Positions 26,690-36,860 of a stretch of 64,000 nucleotides of DNA are shown piece after piece (the first letter of the stretch is position 1; the number at the start of each line of letters is the position of its first letter). The position numbers were made by a program, and so were the translations under genes. Location: the NCBI GenBank assembly GCA_017456005.1, contig JAFTLJ010000037.1, forward strand, positions 7,808 through 71,807. Direction: 5' to 3'. The stretch comes from Clostridia bacterium. Its GTDB lineage: Bacteria > Bacillota > Clostridia > Oscillospirales > CAG-272. A model generated the notes under the pieces. The model worked only from the letters and a program-made list of their open reading frames with translations, was not told the DNA's origin and ran no database searches.

Positions 26690-27141
26690 GGAACAAAAAT
26701 CGCTTGCACGATTTTTGAAAATATTATATTCGCGCTTTTCTTTATCTGAAAGAAAAGGCGCGGCAAAAGAAGCAGAAAAACGTGCCGTTTTATCGCTTTG
26801 TTTGGTGCCGTTTTTAGATATGTTATGCGACCGCCGTCACGAATTTTCACTCCGTTCCGTCGCAAAAATTGTGCCGAACCCCGTCGCAAGGTTATGGTTT
26901 ACAGACTTGCTATGTCTGCAAACGCGCTAAGGCGCGTATAAACTTAAAATTTTTTCTTTGAGCCCAACCGCGTGGTTCCACGCAATTTTCCGCAGGAAAA
27001 TCGAGCGTGGGGAGCAGTTCTCGTTTCGGTTTTCAGCAGAACTTAGCGATAAACCTGCAAGGTTTTTTTCTTCTTTTTGCCTCTTTTTCTTTAAACAAGA
27101 AAAAGAGGAGAGATTTCCAAAGAGCGCCTGAGCGCTCTTTG
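26690..27141 (+). repeat. interspersed palindrome-rich element, copy B (full length, ~450 bp)
   Basis: The 5' module matches copies A and C. The internal block CACGAATTTTCACTC..CGCAAAAATTGTGCCGAACC is shared with C. The 3' module TTTTTTCTTCTTTTTGCCTCTTTTTCTTTAAACAAGAAAAAGAG...AAGAGCGC-CTGA-GCGCTCTTTG is shared with C. Confidence 0.8.
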
Positions 27142-29583
27142 CTAAATATTGCTTGGGTTTATATCCACGGAAAGCGAAAGCTTTCCGCCCGCTATCTTTC
27201 CGTATTTTTTCAGCATCTCCGCAAAAAGCGCGCGGCTCTTTGCGTTGTTTTTGTGTTTTACTATTATTTGCTTGCGGAATTTGCCGCCTATTTTGTATAT
27301 CGCCGCATCGAACGGGCCGTAGATTATAAGCGGTATGTCTGCGTATTCTTTTTTCTGCTTTTCGCGTATCTCGCGCCCGAAATCCTCCGCAAATGCGGCA
27401 AGGCTCGCTTCCTCTGCGGCGGCGAAGCTGAAAAGAGCAACGTCGCAAAACGGCGGAAAAACGAAGTTTTTGCGCATCATTATCTCGCTTTCGTAGAACT
27501 TTTCAAAATTTTGCTCTGCGGAAAGCAGCAGGGTTTCGTTTTCGGGGTTATATGTTTGTATCATCGCTCTGCCGGGGTGCTCGCCTCTGCCTGCTCTGCC
27601 CACTACCTGGGTAACAACAGAAAATGTGCGCTCGCCCGAGCGGAAATCGTTCATAAAAAGGGAATTGTCTGCGTTAACAACGCCCACGAGCGTTACGCGC
27701 GGAAAGTTGTGCCCTTTTGTTACCATCTGGGTGCCGACGAGAATGTCTGCCTTGCCCTCGCGGAAATCGGAAAGTATTTTGTCCTGTGCGAACTTTGTGC
27801 GCGTGGAATCGGCGTCCAGGCGCAAAATGCGCGCCGTGGGGAAGCGCTTTTTCAGCTCTTCTTCTATTTTTTGTGTGCCGAACCCGCCGCCCGCAATATG
27901 CTCGCTGCCGCATTCTGGGCAGAGGCGAGGTGTGGGTATACGGTGGCCGCAGTAGTGGCACTGCAAATAGCTTTTTTCGCTTTTTTTGTATACGTGATAC
28001 GTCATCGTTACGGAGCAGTTCGGGCAAAGCACCGCTTTTCCGCAAGCGTGGCAGGAATAGTAGCTGTTGTATCCGCGCCTGTTGAGAAAGAGTATGGATT
28101 GGAACCCCTCGTCCAAGTTCTTTTGCAGCTCTACGGCGAGCTCGCTGCCTATATTTTCTTTACATTCGGGAATAAGGTTTTCGCGCAGGTCGGAAACAAA
28201 TACGCGCGGCATCTGCGCCATGCCGAAGCGCGAGGAAAGCTTCACGAGTGAATATATGCCGCTTTTGGCGCGGTAATACGTTTCCACGCTCGGCGTGGCG
28301 CTCGCCAGCACCATAAGCGCTCCGTGCTCTGCGCACAGAAAACGCGCCGCATCGCGCGAGTGGTATTTCGGCGACATATCGGATTTATAAGTGTGCTCCT
28401 GCTCCTCGTCTATGACGATGAGCCCTATGTTTTCAAACGGGGCAAAGAGCGCGCTTCGCGTGCCCAGCGCCACGTCCACCTCGCCGCGCGAGATGCGCTT
28501 GAAGGTGTCTGCTTTTTCTCCGTCGGAAAGAGAGGAGTGTATAACGGCAAGACGTTCGCCAAACCTTGCGGCGAAAAGCGAAACGGATTGCCACGTGAGC
28601 GCTATTTCCGGCACGAGCACTATGGCCTGACGCCCTTTTTTTACAATATCCTCGCAAAGCTCCAAAATAACGCTTGTTTTGCCCGAACCTGTAACACCGT
28701 AGAGCAGGGCGGCGTGCGGCTTGCCGTCGGCAAGGGCGAGTAGCTTTTCCTTTGCCTCTGCCTGCTCTGCTGAAAGGGCGGGGCGTTCTTCGCTTTTTTT
28801 GAAATCTTTATATGGGTTTCGCAGTATCTCATGCTTTTCCGTGCGTATAAGACCCTTTTTTTCCACCGCCGAAATTTGCGCCGGCGTAAATCCGTCGGCA
28901 AGCAATGTCTTTTTCTCTATCGCGCCGCATTCGCAAACGTAGCAGTAGAGGTCCACGTGTGCCTGCGGCGTGCGCGGCTTATCCAGCACGTTTGTGTCTG
29001 CGTTTTCCACGGGCATAACGAGGCTTATATATGCGCCGCCCGAAAGCACGGGGCGCGCAAGCTTCGTAAGAAAGCCCTCGCGGCAAAGCTTTGCCAGCGT
29101 TTCCGCTGTCATACCCGTTTCGCGCATAAGGCGTTCGCGGGAAACTGCGCCGTGCTCCGCTATATAAGCGAGCGCGGCGGCGTGGCGTTTGGAAAACGCC
29201 GTGGGCTCTGCGCCCTCTTCCACAGCAAAATATTCGTTCGCGTGGGGTATAAGATCGCTCGGTACAAGCCTTTTTACGGCTTCGCCGAAAGAACAGAATG
29301 TGCGCCCGCAGAGAAAGTCGGCAAGGCGCATCATTTTTTCCGAAAGTTTTATCCCGTCATCGTAAACCTTGAAAACGGGCTTGAGCTCTCTGTAATCTGT
29401 GGTTTTGGAAAGCGTTGTGGCAACGGCGGGCACCTTTTTGTTGCTCGCGCCGAAGGGCACGAGCAGAAAATCGCCGCGCTTTATTTCGGGAAGCGTTTCG
29501 GGCACGTAGTACGTATATTCAATGTCTGCGTGGTACGGCACGTCGAGCATACGCACCCCTGCCGTTCTCATATGCGCTTCCAT
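27142..29583 (-). CDS. priA: primosomal replication protein N' (helicase PriA)
   Basis: Walker A GVTGSGKT, DEEQE, and Cys-rich Zn region CHACG..CPNC..CHYCG..CPECG. Confidence 0.93.
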   Translation of the reverse strand: MEAHMRTAGVRMLDVPYHADIEYTYYVPETLPEIKRGDFLLVPFGASNKKVPAVATTLSKTTDYRELKPVFKVYDDGIKLSEKMMRLADFLCGRTFCSFGEAVKRLVPSDLIPHANEYFAVEEGAEPTAFSKRHAAALAYIAEHGAVSRERLMRETGMTAETLAKLCREGFLTKLARPVLSGGAYISLVMPVENADTNVLDKPRTPQAHVDLYCYVCECGAIEKKTLLADGFTPAQISAVEKKGLIRTEKHEILRNPYKDFKKSEERPALSAEQAEAKEKLLALADGKPHAALLYGVTGSGKTSVILELCEDIVKKGRQAIVLVPEIALTWQSVSLFAARFGERLAVIHSSLSDGEKADTFKRISRGEVDVALGTRSALFAPFENIGLIVIDEEQEHTYKSDMSPKYHSRDAARFLCAEHGALMVLASATPSVETYYRAKSGIYSLVKLSSRFGMAQMPRVFVSDLRENLIPECKENIGSELAVELQKNLDEGFQSILFLNRRGYNSYYSCHACGKAVLCPNCSVTMTYHVYKKSEKSYLQCHYCGHRIPTPRLCPECGSEHIAGGGFGTQKIEEELKKRFPTARILRLDADSTRTKFAQDKILSDFREGKADILVGTQMVTKGHNFPRVTLVGVVNADNSLFMNDFRSGERTFSVVTQVVGRAGRGEHPGRAMIQTYNPENETLLLSAEQNFEKFYESEIMMRKNFVFPPFCDVALFSFAAAEEASLAAFAEDFGREIREKQKKEYADIPLIIYGPFDAAIYKIGGKFRKQIIVKHKNNAKSRALFAEMLKKYGKIAGGKLSLSVDINPSNI

Positions 29584-29909
29584 TATTCTGCAACAGCTTC
29601 TTCTTCAGCTTTTTCCGCTGCTTCTGCCGCTTCTTCTTCGGGCATGGGGTCTACAACTATTTCAAATTCGCCTGCTGCGAGCGCCTGAACGGCGTTTTCC
29701 ACAGCCTTTTTATCGCGGATGTCGCCTTTTATAAGGGCGGAAAGGCTCTTGTCTGTCTGCCCGTCGCGGATCATCTGCTCTGCGTGCTCGCGCTGCTGGC
29801 AGTATTCGTCTGTAATAACTCTGGCAACCTTGCTTGTTGCTATAACGAGTTCGTAACGGTTGATCTCGCCACCGTTTGTAAGCTGGTCGATAGACGGTTT
29901 AATCATCAT
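29583..29909 (-). CDS. rpoZ: RNA polymerase omega subunit
   Basis: MMIKPSIDQL...NRYELVIATSKVAR N-terminus, acidic tail, position between gmk and priA. Confidence 0.85.
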   Translation of the reverse strand: MMIKPSIDQLTNGGEINRYELVIATSKVARVITDEYCQQREHAEQMIRDGQTDKSLSALIKGDIRDKKAVENAVQALAAGEFEIVVDPMPEEEAAEAAEKAEEEAVAE

Positions 29910-29990
29910 GGTAGATGTACCTCCTGAAATTTTATGTAATGAATAGTAATTTATTAAATTATGAATAGTTTGGGTATTCCCTTGGGGTGT

Positions 29991-30593
29991 TTACAGAAAT
30001 TTTTCTTTAAGCTCTGCGTTTCTGCTTGCACGTAGCTTTTCTGCGGCTGCTATGCCCATTATGGCTTTTGCCGCTTCTTCCGATTTGCCGTTTTCGTTTA
30101 CTATGGCGTAATCGTATTCGCAGAGAAGCGCAACCTCGCGCTGAACCTGCGCCATGCGCGTTTCTATAACCTCGGCGCTTTCCGTGCCTCTGCCGGTAAG
30201 GCGGGCGCGTAAGGTTTCTATGTCGGGCGGCAAAATGAATATAAGTACCGCTTCGGGCATGATTTTGCGCACCTGCAAAGCGCCCTTTGTTTCTATTTCC
30301 AAAATGACGTTTTTGCCCTCTGCCAGAGCTTTTTCTACGGCAAATTTCGGCGTGCCGTAGTAGTTGCCGGAATATTCTGCATATTCGAGCATTTCGCCCT
30401 GTGCGATTTTTTCTTCAAACTGCGCACGCGTTACGAAATAGTAGGTAACGCCTTCTTTATCCTCGCCTCTGGGGGCGCGGGTGGTGGCGGAAACGGAGTA
30501 GAAGTATTCGCCTGTTTCAAGCAAATGCTTCATAACCGTGCCCTTGCCCGTGCCGGATGGGCCGGAAACAACAAAAAGCAAACCTTTTTTCAT
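29991..30593 (-). CDS. gmk: guanylate kinase
   Basis: Start at MKKGLLFVVSGPSGTGKGT (ATG 30593); YFVTR..F and EYAEYSGNYYGT motifs. Confidence 0.93.
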   Translation of the reverse strand: MKKGLLFVVSGPSGTGKGTVMKHLLETGEYFYSVSATTRAPRGEDKEGVTYYFVTRAQFEEKIAQGEMLEYAEYSGNYYGTPKFAVEKALAEGKNVILEIETKGALQVRKIMPEAVLIFILPPDIETLRARLTGRGTESAEVIETRMAQVQREVALLCEYDYAIVNENGKSEEAAKAIMGIAAAEKLRASRNAELKEKFL

Positions 30594-30594
30594 A

Positions 30595-30870
30595 TCATTC
30601 CTCCGATGTATCGGCATCGTCGTCGCCGTCGTCGATCTGGCCGTTCAGACGAACGGCTATCGTTTCGGGCTGAACCGCGGAAAGTATAACGTGCTCGGAA
30701 TCTGTTACTATAACGGAGCGCGTTCTTCTGCCGCAGGAAACGTCTATAACTCTGCCGGAATCTTTTGCGTCTTGAATAAGTCTTTTTATGGGCGCGGAGT
30801 CGGGGCTTACGAGTGTTACGACTCTGTGGGAAGCGACCATATTGCCAAAACCGATATTTATAAATTTCAT
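30595..30870 (-). CDS. remA: RemA/YlzA (DUF370) regulator
   Basis: INIGFGN...[17 protein letters not shown]...[25 protein letters not shown] closely matches B. subtilis RemA as I recall it. Confidence 0.9.
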   Translation of the reverse strand: MKFINIGFGNMVASHRVVTLVSPDSAPIKRLIQDAKDSGRVIDVSCGRRTRSVIVTDSEHVILSAVQPETIAVRLNGQIDDGDDDADTSEE

Positions 30871-30880
30871 AGCAAAACCT

Positions 30881-31765
30881 TTATTCTATATTCTGTATTT
30901 GTTCGCGTATTTTTTCGAGCTCGGATTTCATTTCCACGACAATGCGAGCTATTTCCACGTCGCAAGCCTTGGAGCCTATCGTGTTTGTTTCGCGGTTCAT
31001 TTCCTGCATGAGAAAATCAAGCTTTCTGCCCACGGGCTCTTTGGCTGTAAGAATTGCATCGAAAGCCTCGAAATGGGAGGCAAGGCGCACTATTTCTTCG
31101 TCTACGGCTATTTTATCCGCATAAACGGCACATTCCGTTATGAGCTTTGCTTCGTCTATCTGCACGCTTTCGCCAACAAGGTCGCGTATGCGCTCCTTCA
31201 TTTTTTTGTACTGCTCCGCTTTGTCGCGCTCGGAAAGCGGTGCTATCTTTTCTGCCAGCGCCTTTACGTTCGCTTTCTTTTCGGCTATGTCGCGGCGCAT
31301 ATTTTCGCCCTCGCTCTCTCTTGCGGCGATGAATGCATCGAGTGCTGCGTTAAGCACGGGGAGCAGTGCCTGCCATTCGGCTTCGGCATCTTCTTCTGCT
31401 TTTTTTACTGCGAAAATATCGCGGTTCTGCGCCACGCGCATCGTGGTTATGTCGCAGGGGAGGTCAAATTCCGCAGAAAGCTTTTTCAGCGCGTCTATAT
31501 AGCTTTTTGCGTAGGTTCTGTCTATATCCACCTCCACGCCTGCCGTGTCCGTAACGTCGATGGTTATGTAAACGTCCACCTTGCCGCGGGCAATACCGCG
31601 TGCGGCGATCTGCTTTTTTACATTATCTTCGAGAAAAGCGAAAAGACGGGGGAGCTTCACCTGGCAATCGAAAAAGCGATTGTTTACGGATTTTATCTCT
31701 ACAATTATGTCGCGTCCGGGGGCTTTTCCCGTGGCACGGCCGAATGCTGTCATACTTCTTATCAT
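30881..31765 (-). CDS. YicC/YloC family protein
   Basis: [12 protein letters not shown]-terminus, C-terminal [24 protein letters not shown], and its position in the ylo cluster. Confidence 0.88.
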   Translation of the reverse strand: MIRSMTAFGRATGKAPGRDIIVEIKSVNNRFFDCQVKLPRLFAFLEDNVKKQIAARGIARGKVDVYITIDVTDTAGVEVDIDRTYAKSYIDALKKLSAEFDLPCDITTMRVAQNRDIFAVKKAEEDAEAEWQALLPVLNAALDAFIAARESEGENMRRDIAEKKANVKALAEKIAPLSERDKAEQYKKMKERIRDLVGESVQIDEAKLITECAVYADKIAVDEEIVRLASHFEAFDAILTAKEPVGRKLDFLMQEMNRETNTIGSKACDVEIARIVVEMKSELEKIREQIQNIE

Positions 31766-31962
31766 TATTTTTGCCTTTCGGTAACGTATATATTTATTTA
31801 TGTTTATTGATTGCGTTTTTAAAGGGGGGCTAACATTCCCCCATTCTAAAAGTGTATAGATATATTATATATTATTCATTGTTCACTTGTCAACTTTATT
31901 CGCCTAATTTTGGTTAAAATAACGGGGAATTTTTTGAAAATTTGTTTGAAACGACGGTGAAG

Positions 31963-31996
31963 AGCAGAGAAAGCACCTTGCGGTGCTTTCTCTGCT
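31963..31996 (-). terminator. terminator hairpin after the htrA-like gene
   Basis: Perfect 15-bp stem AGCAGAGAAAGCACC / GGTGCTTTCTCTGCT with loop TTGC. Confidence 0.7.
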
Positions 31997-32035
31997 AATA
32001 TTTATCTTTCTTCACAAAAATGGAGAGGTTGGCTT

Positions 32036-33421
32036 TTAGGGGTTGTTGGGGTTAAACTCCACAAAGGTGAGCTTAAGCTTTATTTCCTCGCATTTACGAA
32101 GGTATGCATAAGGGTCTGTCTGCTTTTTGGCTTCCTCTGTGGGGCGGAGCACCGTTATTTCCACTGTGTCGCCCACGGAATATGCCGTAAGCATCTTTTT
32201 GAGCGTTTCAAAGGAGCTTATCGTTTGCCCGTTTATTTCATAGAGTATATCGCCTGCCAATATGCCAGCTTTTTTCGCGCTGCCCTCGGAGGCTGTGGAA
32301 ACAACTGCATTTATACCCGTGCCTGCGTACGTTTTGCCGTTTGCGAGCGTGATATAATTGTTAACCGATACGCCCAGACGCGCTACACCTTGAACATAGC
32401 CGTGCTCCTTCAGGTCGTTTACACATTTTACCACTGTAGACATGGGAATGGCAAAGCCCGTATTGTCTATGCTCGCGCCGGAGGAGGTCGTGCCCGAAAG
32501 CTTGGAGTTTACTATGCCTATAAGCTGGCCCGACGTATTGAAAAGACCGCCGCCCGAGTTCCCGTTGTTTACGGCAGCGTCTATCTGGATAAGTGTCATA
32601 GTTTCATATGTTGAAGAGAAGTATACGTCGCTTGCGGGGGCGCTTATAACGCCTGCCGTTGTGTTAAAGCCCCTGCCCAGGGCGTTGCCTATGACCATAA
32701 CGGGCATCATGTGCGATACGTTCGCCGTGGATATTTCCGCGTAGGTGCAGTCGTTCTTCTCTATGCGTATAACGGCGATATCGTTGGCTTCGTCGCCGTA
32801 GATATACGCTGCGGAAAGCTCCTCGCCGCTGTAGAGCGTTACTGTTATTTTGTTGTCGTTGTTGCTTACAACGTGGTAGTTGGTGAGAATATATCCGTCC
32901 CCGGTGTATATAACGCCGGAGCCGCTGCCTACGTTTTCGACCTTTATAAGCACGCTCGCGTTAAGGCATTTTTCCACTACCGCGCTGTCCCACTGAACAT
33001 AGCTTACCGTGGGGAGCGTGCTGCCCGTGCCGGGGGTTATGCCGGGGGCTGTGGCTTGCGTGCCTGTGGTGCCTTGAGCGCCCGTGGTGCTCTGTGTGGT
33101 GGCGGCTGTGTTGCCTGCACCTATGCCGCCCCAAGGCATATTTCCGCCGCCTGCAAAGGAGCCTATGAATATCGTGGCCGCAAAGACCACAACGCAAACG
33201 AGGAGCACGGGCAAAATACCGCCCGATTTTTTCGGCTTTTTGGGGGCTTTTCTGCCAGAGCTTCCGCCGCCCTCGCCGCTATAGCTTTTGTAGAAATCTC
33301 CGCCGCGGCTGAAAGGGTCGCGCTCGTTAAAATCGTCGTCTGTGCGCGGCTTTTCAAAGCCTTGCTCCCCTGTGCCGTTTTCGGGTGTTTCGTTTTTGTT
33401 TTCTTCGTCAAAAGACCACAT
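32036..33421 (-). CDS. HtrA/DegP-like trypsin-family serine protease with PDZ domain
   Basis: TM anchor, TNYHV (His), DIAV (Asp), GNSGGGLFN (Ser), C-terminal PDZ (AGILAGDILYEINGQ). Confidence 0.9.
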   Translation of the reverse strand: MWSFDEENKNETPENGTGEQGFEKPRTDDDFNERDPFSRGGDFYKSYSGEGGGSSGRKAPKKPKKSGGILPVLLVCVVVFAATIFIGSFAGGGNMPWGGIGAGNTAATTQSTTGAQGTTGTQATAPGITPGTGSTLPTVSYVQWDSAVVEKCLNASVLIKVENVGSGSGVIYTGDGYILTNYHVVSNNDNKITVTLYSGEELSAAYIYGDEANDIAVIRIEKNDCTYAEISTANVSHMMPVMVIGNALGRGFNTTAGVISAPASDVYFSSTYETMTLIQIDAAVNNGNSGGGLFNTSGQLIGIVNSKLSGTTSSGASIDNTGFAIPMSTVVKCVNDLKEHGYVQGVARLGVSVNNYITLANGKTYAGTGINAVVSTASEGSAKKAGILAGDILYEINGQTISSFETLKKMLTAYSVGDTVEITVLRPTEEAKKQTDPYAYLRKCEEIKLKLTFVEFNPNNP

Positions 33422-33653
33422 ATAAATTCTCCTTTTCGGTTATTTTCCAATGCTTGTGGTTATATAATAAATCAATTTTGTTACGAATGCGTGAACATAA
33501 GTTTGATTTCATGTAAATAAGACAAATTTTTATTGAATTTTTAAAGTTTTTACCGTATAATTAAAGTATAGTACAAAAATTTGATTTTGTGAATAGTATT
33601 TTTTATTTAATATCTATTATATACCCATTTTTTTAAAAATAAAAGGCTGTTTT

Positions 33654-34229
33654 ATGAATAAATCCGAACTTTCTTTATTTAAAAAGATTCCCGTTATAAC
33701 CACGGAACGCCTTGTTCTGCGAAAGCTTATACCTGCGGACGCAGACGATATGTTCGAATACGCCGAGAACCCAATTGTAACGCAGTTTCTGCTGTGGGAA
33801 CCGCACGTCAGCCGCAAGTTCACGCACAGCTACCTTAAATTTGTGCAGGGGCAGTATGCCTCGGGCGGCTTTTTCGATTGGGCGGTTACTCTCGCCGAAA
33901 GCGGAAAGATGATAGGTACATGCGGCTTTGCCTCCATAGACCTCGAAAACGATACGGGCGAAATAGGCTATGTTATAAACCCCGATTTTTGGGGCGCGGG
34001 CTATGCCACAGAGGCGCTGCAGCGCGTTATGAGCTTCGGCTTCGGCGTGCTGGGTATGCACCGCGTGTACGTGCGCATAATGTCGGGCAACCTCGCCAGC
34101 GAGCGTGTGGCGAAGAAGTGCGGTATGCGGCACGAGGCAACGCTGTATTCCTCTTTGCTTGTGAAGGGGGAGTACCGCACTATAAAAATTTACGCCATTC
34201 TGCGCGATGAATTTTACAAGGGCAGATAA
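33654..34229 (+). CDS. GNAT family N-acetyltransferase (RimJ/RimL-like)
   Basis: TERLVLRKL..., WGAGYATEA and ASERVAKKCGM motifs. Confidence 0.88.
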   Translation: MNKSELSLFKKIPVITTERLVLRKLIPADADDMFEYAENPIVTQFLLWEPHVSRKFTHSYLKFVQGQYASGGFFDWAVTLAESGKMIGTCGFASIDLENDTGEIGYVINPDFWGAGYATEALQRVMSFGFGVLGMHRVYVRIMSGNLASERVAKKCGMRHEATLYSSLLVKGEYRTIKIYAILRDEFYKGR

Positions 34230-34284
34230 TACCATACACCGCTTAAGATGAACTAAAGAAACATAAACCACAGAGGAAAAAAAC

Positions 34285-36822
34285 ATGAAAAAACTTCTTG
34301 CAGTAGACGGAAACTCTATACTCAACCGCGCGTTCTACGGCGTGCGTGCGCTTACCACGGCAGACGGTCTGCCAACAAACGCCGTATACGGCATGATAAA
34401 CATAATAAACCGCCACGTGGAAGAGCTGAACCCTGATTATTTCGCCGTGGCGTTCGATATGCATGCGCCCACGTTCCGCCACAAGGCGTTCGACGCCTAC
34501 AAGGCAAACCGCCACGGTATGCCGGAGGAGCTCGCCGCGCAACGCCCGTATGCCTACGATTGCTTAGAGGCTTTCGGTGCGCATTGTATAGAAAAAGAGG
34601 GCTTCGAGGCAGACGATATACTCGGTACGCTCGCCGCTATGGGCGAGGCCGAGGGCGATGTGGAGATATATATACTAACGGGCGACCGCGATTCGCTACA
34701 GCTCATTTCCAATAAAACACGCATAATTTTAGCCACGAACACAGAGCCGATTCTTTTTGATGAAGCGGCATTCAAGGAAAAATACGGCGTGCGCCCCGAC
34801 CAATACGTGGACGTAAAGGCGCTTATGGGCGACAGCTCCGACAATATCCCGGGTGTAAAGGGCATAGGCGAAAAAACGGCATTCAAGCTTATAGCAGAGC
34901 ACGGTAGCCTCGATGGGCTGTACGATGGCATAGAGGGCAAAAAAATAGCCCCCGCCGCGCTGAAAAAGCTTACGGAGGGCAAGGAAATGGCGTACACCTC
35001 GCGGTTTCTCGCCACGATAAAGCGCGACGTGGACCTGGGCGGCGATTTCGAGGCGTTCCGCTACACGGGCGCGGATAAACCCCGTCTGCGCGAGCTTTTC
35101 ACACGGCTTGAATTTACAAAATTCATAAAAAAATTCGCGCTTGACGATGATGGCGGCGAAAACACGGATTTAACGGCGGCAAGTGCGGAGGAGGCGGAAT
35201 TTACGCTCTGCGAAAAAGGCGCGGAAGCGCTCGAAAAGGGTGAAAAATACGCGCTATCGCTCGATTTGGAAGATGGAAAGGTTTATTTCTGCCGCGGAAA
35301 CGAGCTTTTTGCAGATACGGTGGAAAACGCCCTGCCTTATCTTTCGGATAAAGACTATGCCTTTATCGTGCACGATGCCAAGGCGGCGTACCACGCGCTT
35401 GCGCCATATGGCACAGATTTTGCCGCTTGTTGCGACGATATAATGCTTATGGGCTACGTTGCGGCGGTTTCGGAAAACGATTTTTCGCTGGAAAAGCTTG
35501 CTTCGCGCCTGCACGGCAAAATACCGCAGACGGGCGCGGAGAAGGCATACTGCACTTTTGCGCTTTACGGCGAAATATACGGCGAGCTTGAAAAAAGCGA
35601 ACAGCGCGAGCTTTACGAAAAAATAGAATTTCCGCTTGCGCGCGTGCTGTATAATATGGAAAAAGAGGGCTTCTTTGTAGATACGGCGAGCCTTGCGGCG
35701 TTTTCTGCGAAGCTTTCCGAAATGATAGAGCTTCACCTTGAAAAAATATATATTCTCGCGGGTGAGCAGTTCAATGTAAACTCCCCAAAACAGCTCGGGC
35801 ACGTGCTTTTCGAGGTGCTCTGCCTGCCGCCTGTGAAAAAGACAAAAAGCGGATATTCCACCGATGCGGAGGTTATGGAAAAGCTGCGCCCCTACCACCC
35901 GATAATAGGCGAAATTCTCGATTACCGCAAGGTGGCGAAGCTGAAGAGCACTTATGCAGACGGCTTGCTCGCCGCGGCAGACGAGCGCGGCAGGGTGCAC
36001 ACGTCCTTTAAGCAAGCGCTTACAGCCACGGGCAGGCTTTCCTCTACAGAACCAAATTTGCAGAATATACCGATAAAAACGGAGCTCGGGCGCGAAATGC
36101 GCAAGTTCTTTGCGGCAGAAAAAGAGGGGTACGTGCTTATCGACGCTGACTATTCGCAGATAGAGCTACGCTTGCTAGCGGCGATTTCGGGTGATGAGGG
36201 TATGCTTGCCGCCTTTTCGGAGGGGGCAGACATTCATACATCCACGGCGATGAACGTTTTCGGCGTTTCGGCAGAGGAAGTGAGCGTGGAGCTGCGCAAG
36301 CGCGCAAAAGCAATAAACTTCGGTATTGTGTACGGTATGGGAGCTTTTTCGCTTGCGAACGATTTGAATATACCCGTTTACGCGGCGAAGGAATATATAG
36401 AGGGATATTTAAAATCCTACCCCATGGTAGAAAAATATCTTTCCGACATAGTGGAAAAGGCGAAGAAGGATGGGTTTGTAACCACACTTCTCGGCAGAAG
36501 AAGATATATAAAAGAGCTTTCCTCCAAACGTAAAATGGAGGTTGCCTTCGGCGAGCGCGTGGCGATGAACAGCCCCATACAGGGCAGTGCCGCAGACATA
36601 ATAAAGCTGGCTATGGTAAATGCAGAGCGCAGGCTGCGCGAGGGCGGCTATGACGCGCGCCTTATTATGCAGGTGCACGACGAGCTTATAATAGAGGCAC
36701 ATGAAAATTGCGCAGAAGAAGTGAAAGCGCTGCTCGTGCGCGAAATGGAGAGCGCCGTAGCGCTCCCCGTAAAGCTTGCGGCAGAGGTTGGCGTAGGCAA
36801 AACGTGGTTCGACGCAAAATAA
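34285..36822 (+). CDS. polA: DNA polymerase I
   Basis: 5'-nuclease domain (LLAVDGNSILNRAFY, GDSSDNIPGVKGIGEKTA). Pol motifs DYSQIELR, RRAKAINFGIVYG and QVHDELI. Confidence 0.95.
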   Translation: MKKLLAVDGNSILNRAFYGVRALTTADGLPTNAVYGMINIINRHVEELNPDYFAVAFDMHAPTFRHKAFDAYKANRHGMPEELAAQRPYAYDCLEAFGAHCIEKEGFEADDILGTLAAMGEAEGDVEIYILTGDRDSLQLISNKTRIILATNTEPILFDEAAFKEKYGVRPDQYVDVKALMGDSSDNIPGVKGIGEKTAFKLIAEHGSLDGLYDGIEGKKIAPAALKKLTEGKEMAYTSRFLATIKRDVDLGGDFEAFRYTGADKPRLRELFTRLEFTKFIKKFALDDDGGENTDLTAASAEEAEFTLCEKGAEALEKGEKYALSLDLEDGKVYFCRGNELFADTVENALPYLSDKDYAFIVHDAKAAYHALAPYGTDFAACCDDIMLMGYVAAVSENDFSLEKLASRLHGKIPQTGAEKAYCTFALYGEIYGELEKSEQRELYEKIEFPLARVLYNMEKEGFFVDTASLAAFSAKLSEMIELHLEKIYILAGEQFNVNSPKQLGHVLFEVLCLPPVKKTKSGYSTDAEVMEKLRPYHPIIGEILDYRKVAKLKSTYADGLLAAADERGRVHTSFKQALTATGRLSSTEPNLQNIPIKTELGREMRKFFAAEKEGYVLIDADYSQIELRLLAAISGDEGMLAAFSEGADIHTSTAMNVFGVSAEEVSVELRKRAKAINFGIVYGMGAFSLANDLNIPVYAAKEYIEGYLKSYPMVEKYLSDIVEKAKKDGFVTTLLGRRRYIKELSSKRKMEVAFGERVAMNSPIQGSAADIIKLAMVNAERRLREGGYDARLIMQVHDELIIEAHENCAEEVKALLVREMESAVALPVKLAAEVGVGKTWFDAK

Positions 36823-36825
36823 AGC

Positions 36826-36860
36826 AAAAACTCTGTTGGTGTTCAGCCAACAGAGTTTTT
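36826..36860. terminator. bidirectional terminator shared by polA and the convergent small gene
   Basis: AAAAACTCTGTTGG-TGTTCA-GCCAACAGAGTTTTT hairpin. Confidence 0.75.

Noticed and set aside
26680-26930. ORFs inside the interspersed elements: 26688..26930 (+), 26680..26889 (-), 26927..27448 (-) and 49140..49415 (-).
   Set aside because: They have no SD. Their reading frames are not conserved between element copies. Their shared peptide (LLLLPRLFFQ.KKSANIIF) simply reflects the conserved hairpin DNA.
31823-31846. GGGGGG-CTAACATT-CCCCC hairpin upstream of the yicC-family gene, considered as a regulatory element.
   Set aside because: It is a short stem in an AT-rich spacer with no conserved partner or repeat elsewhere in the window, so the evidence is insufficient.
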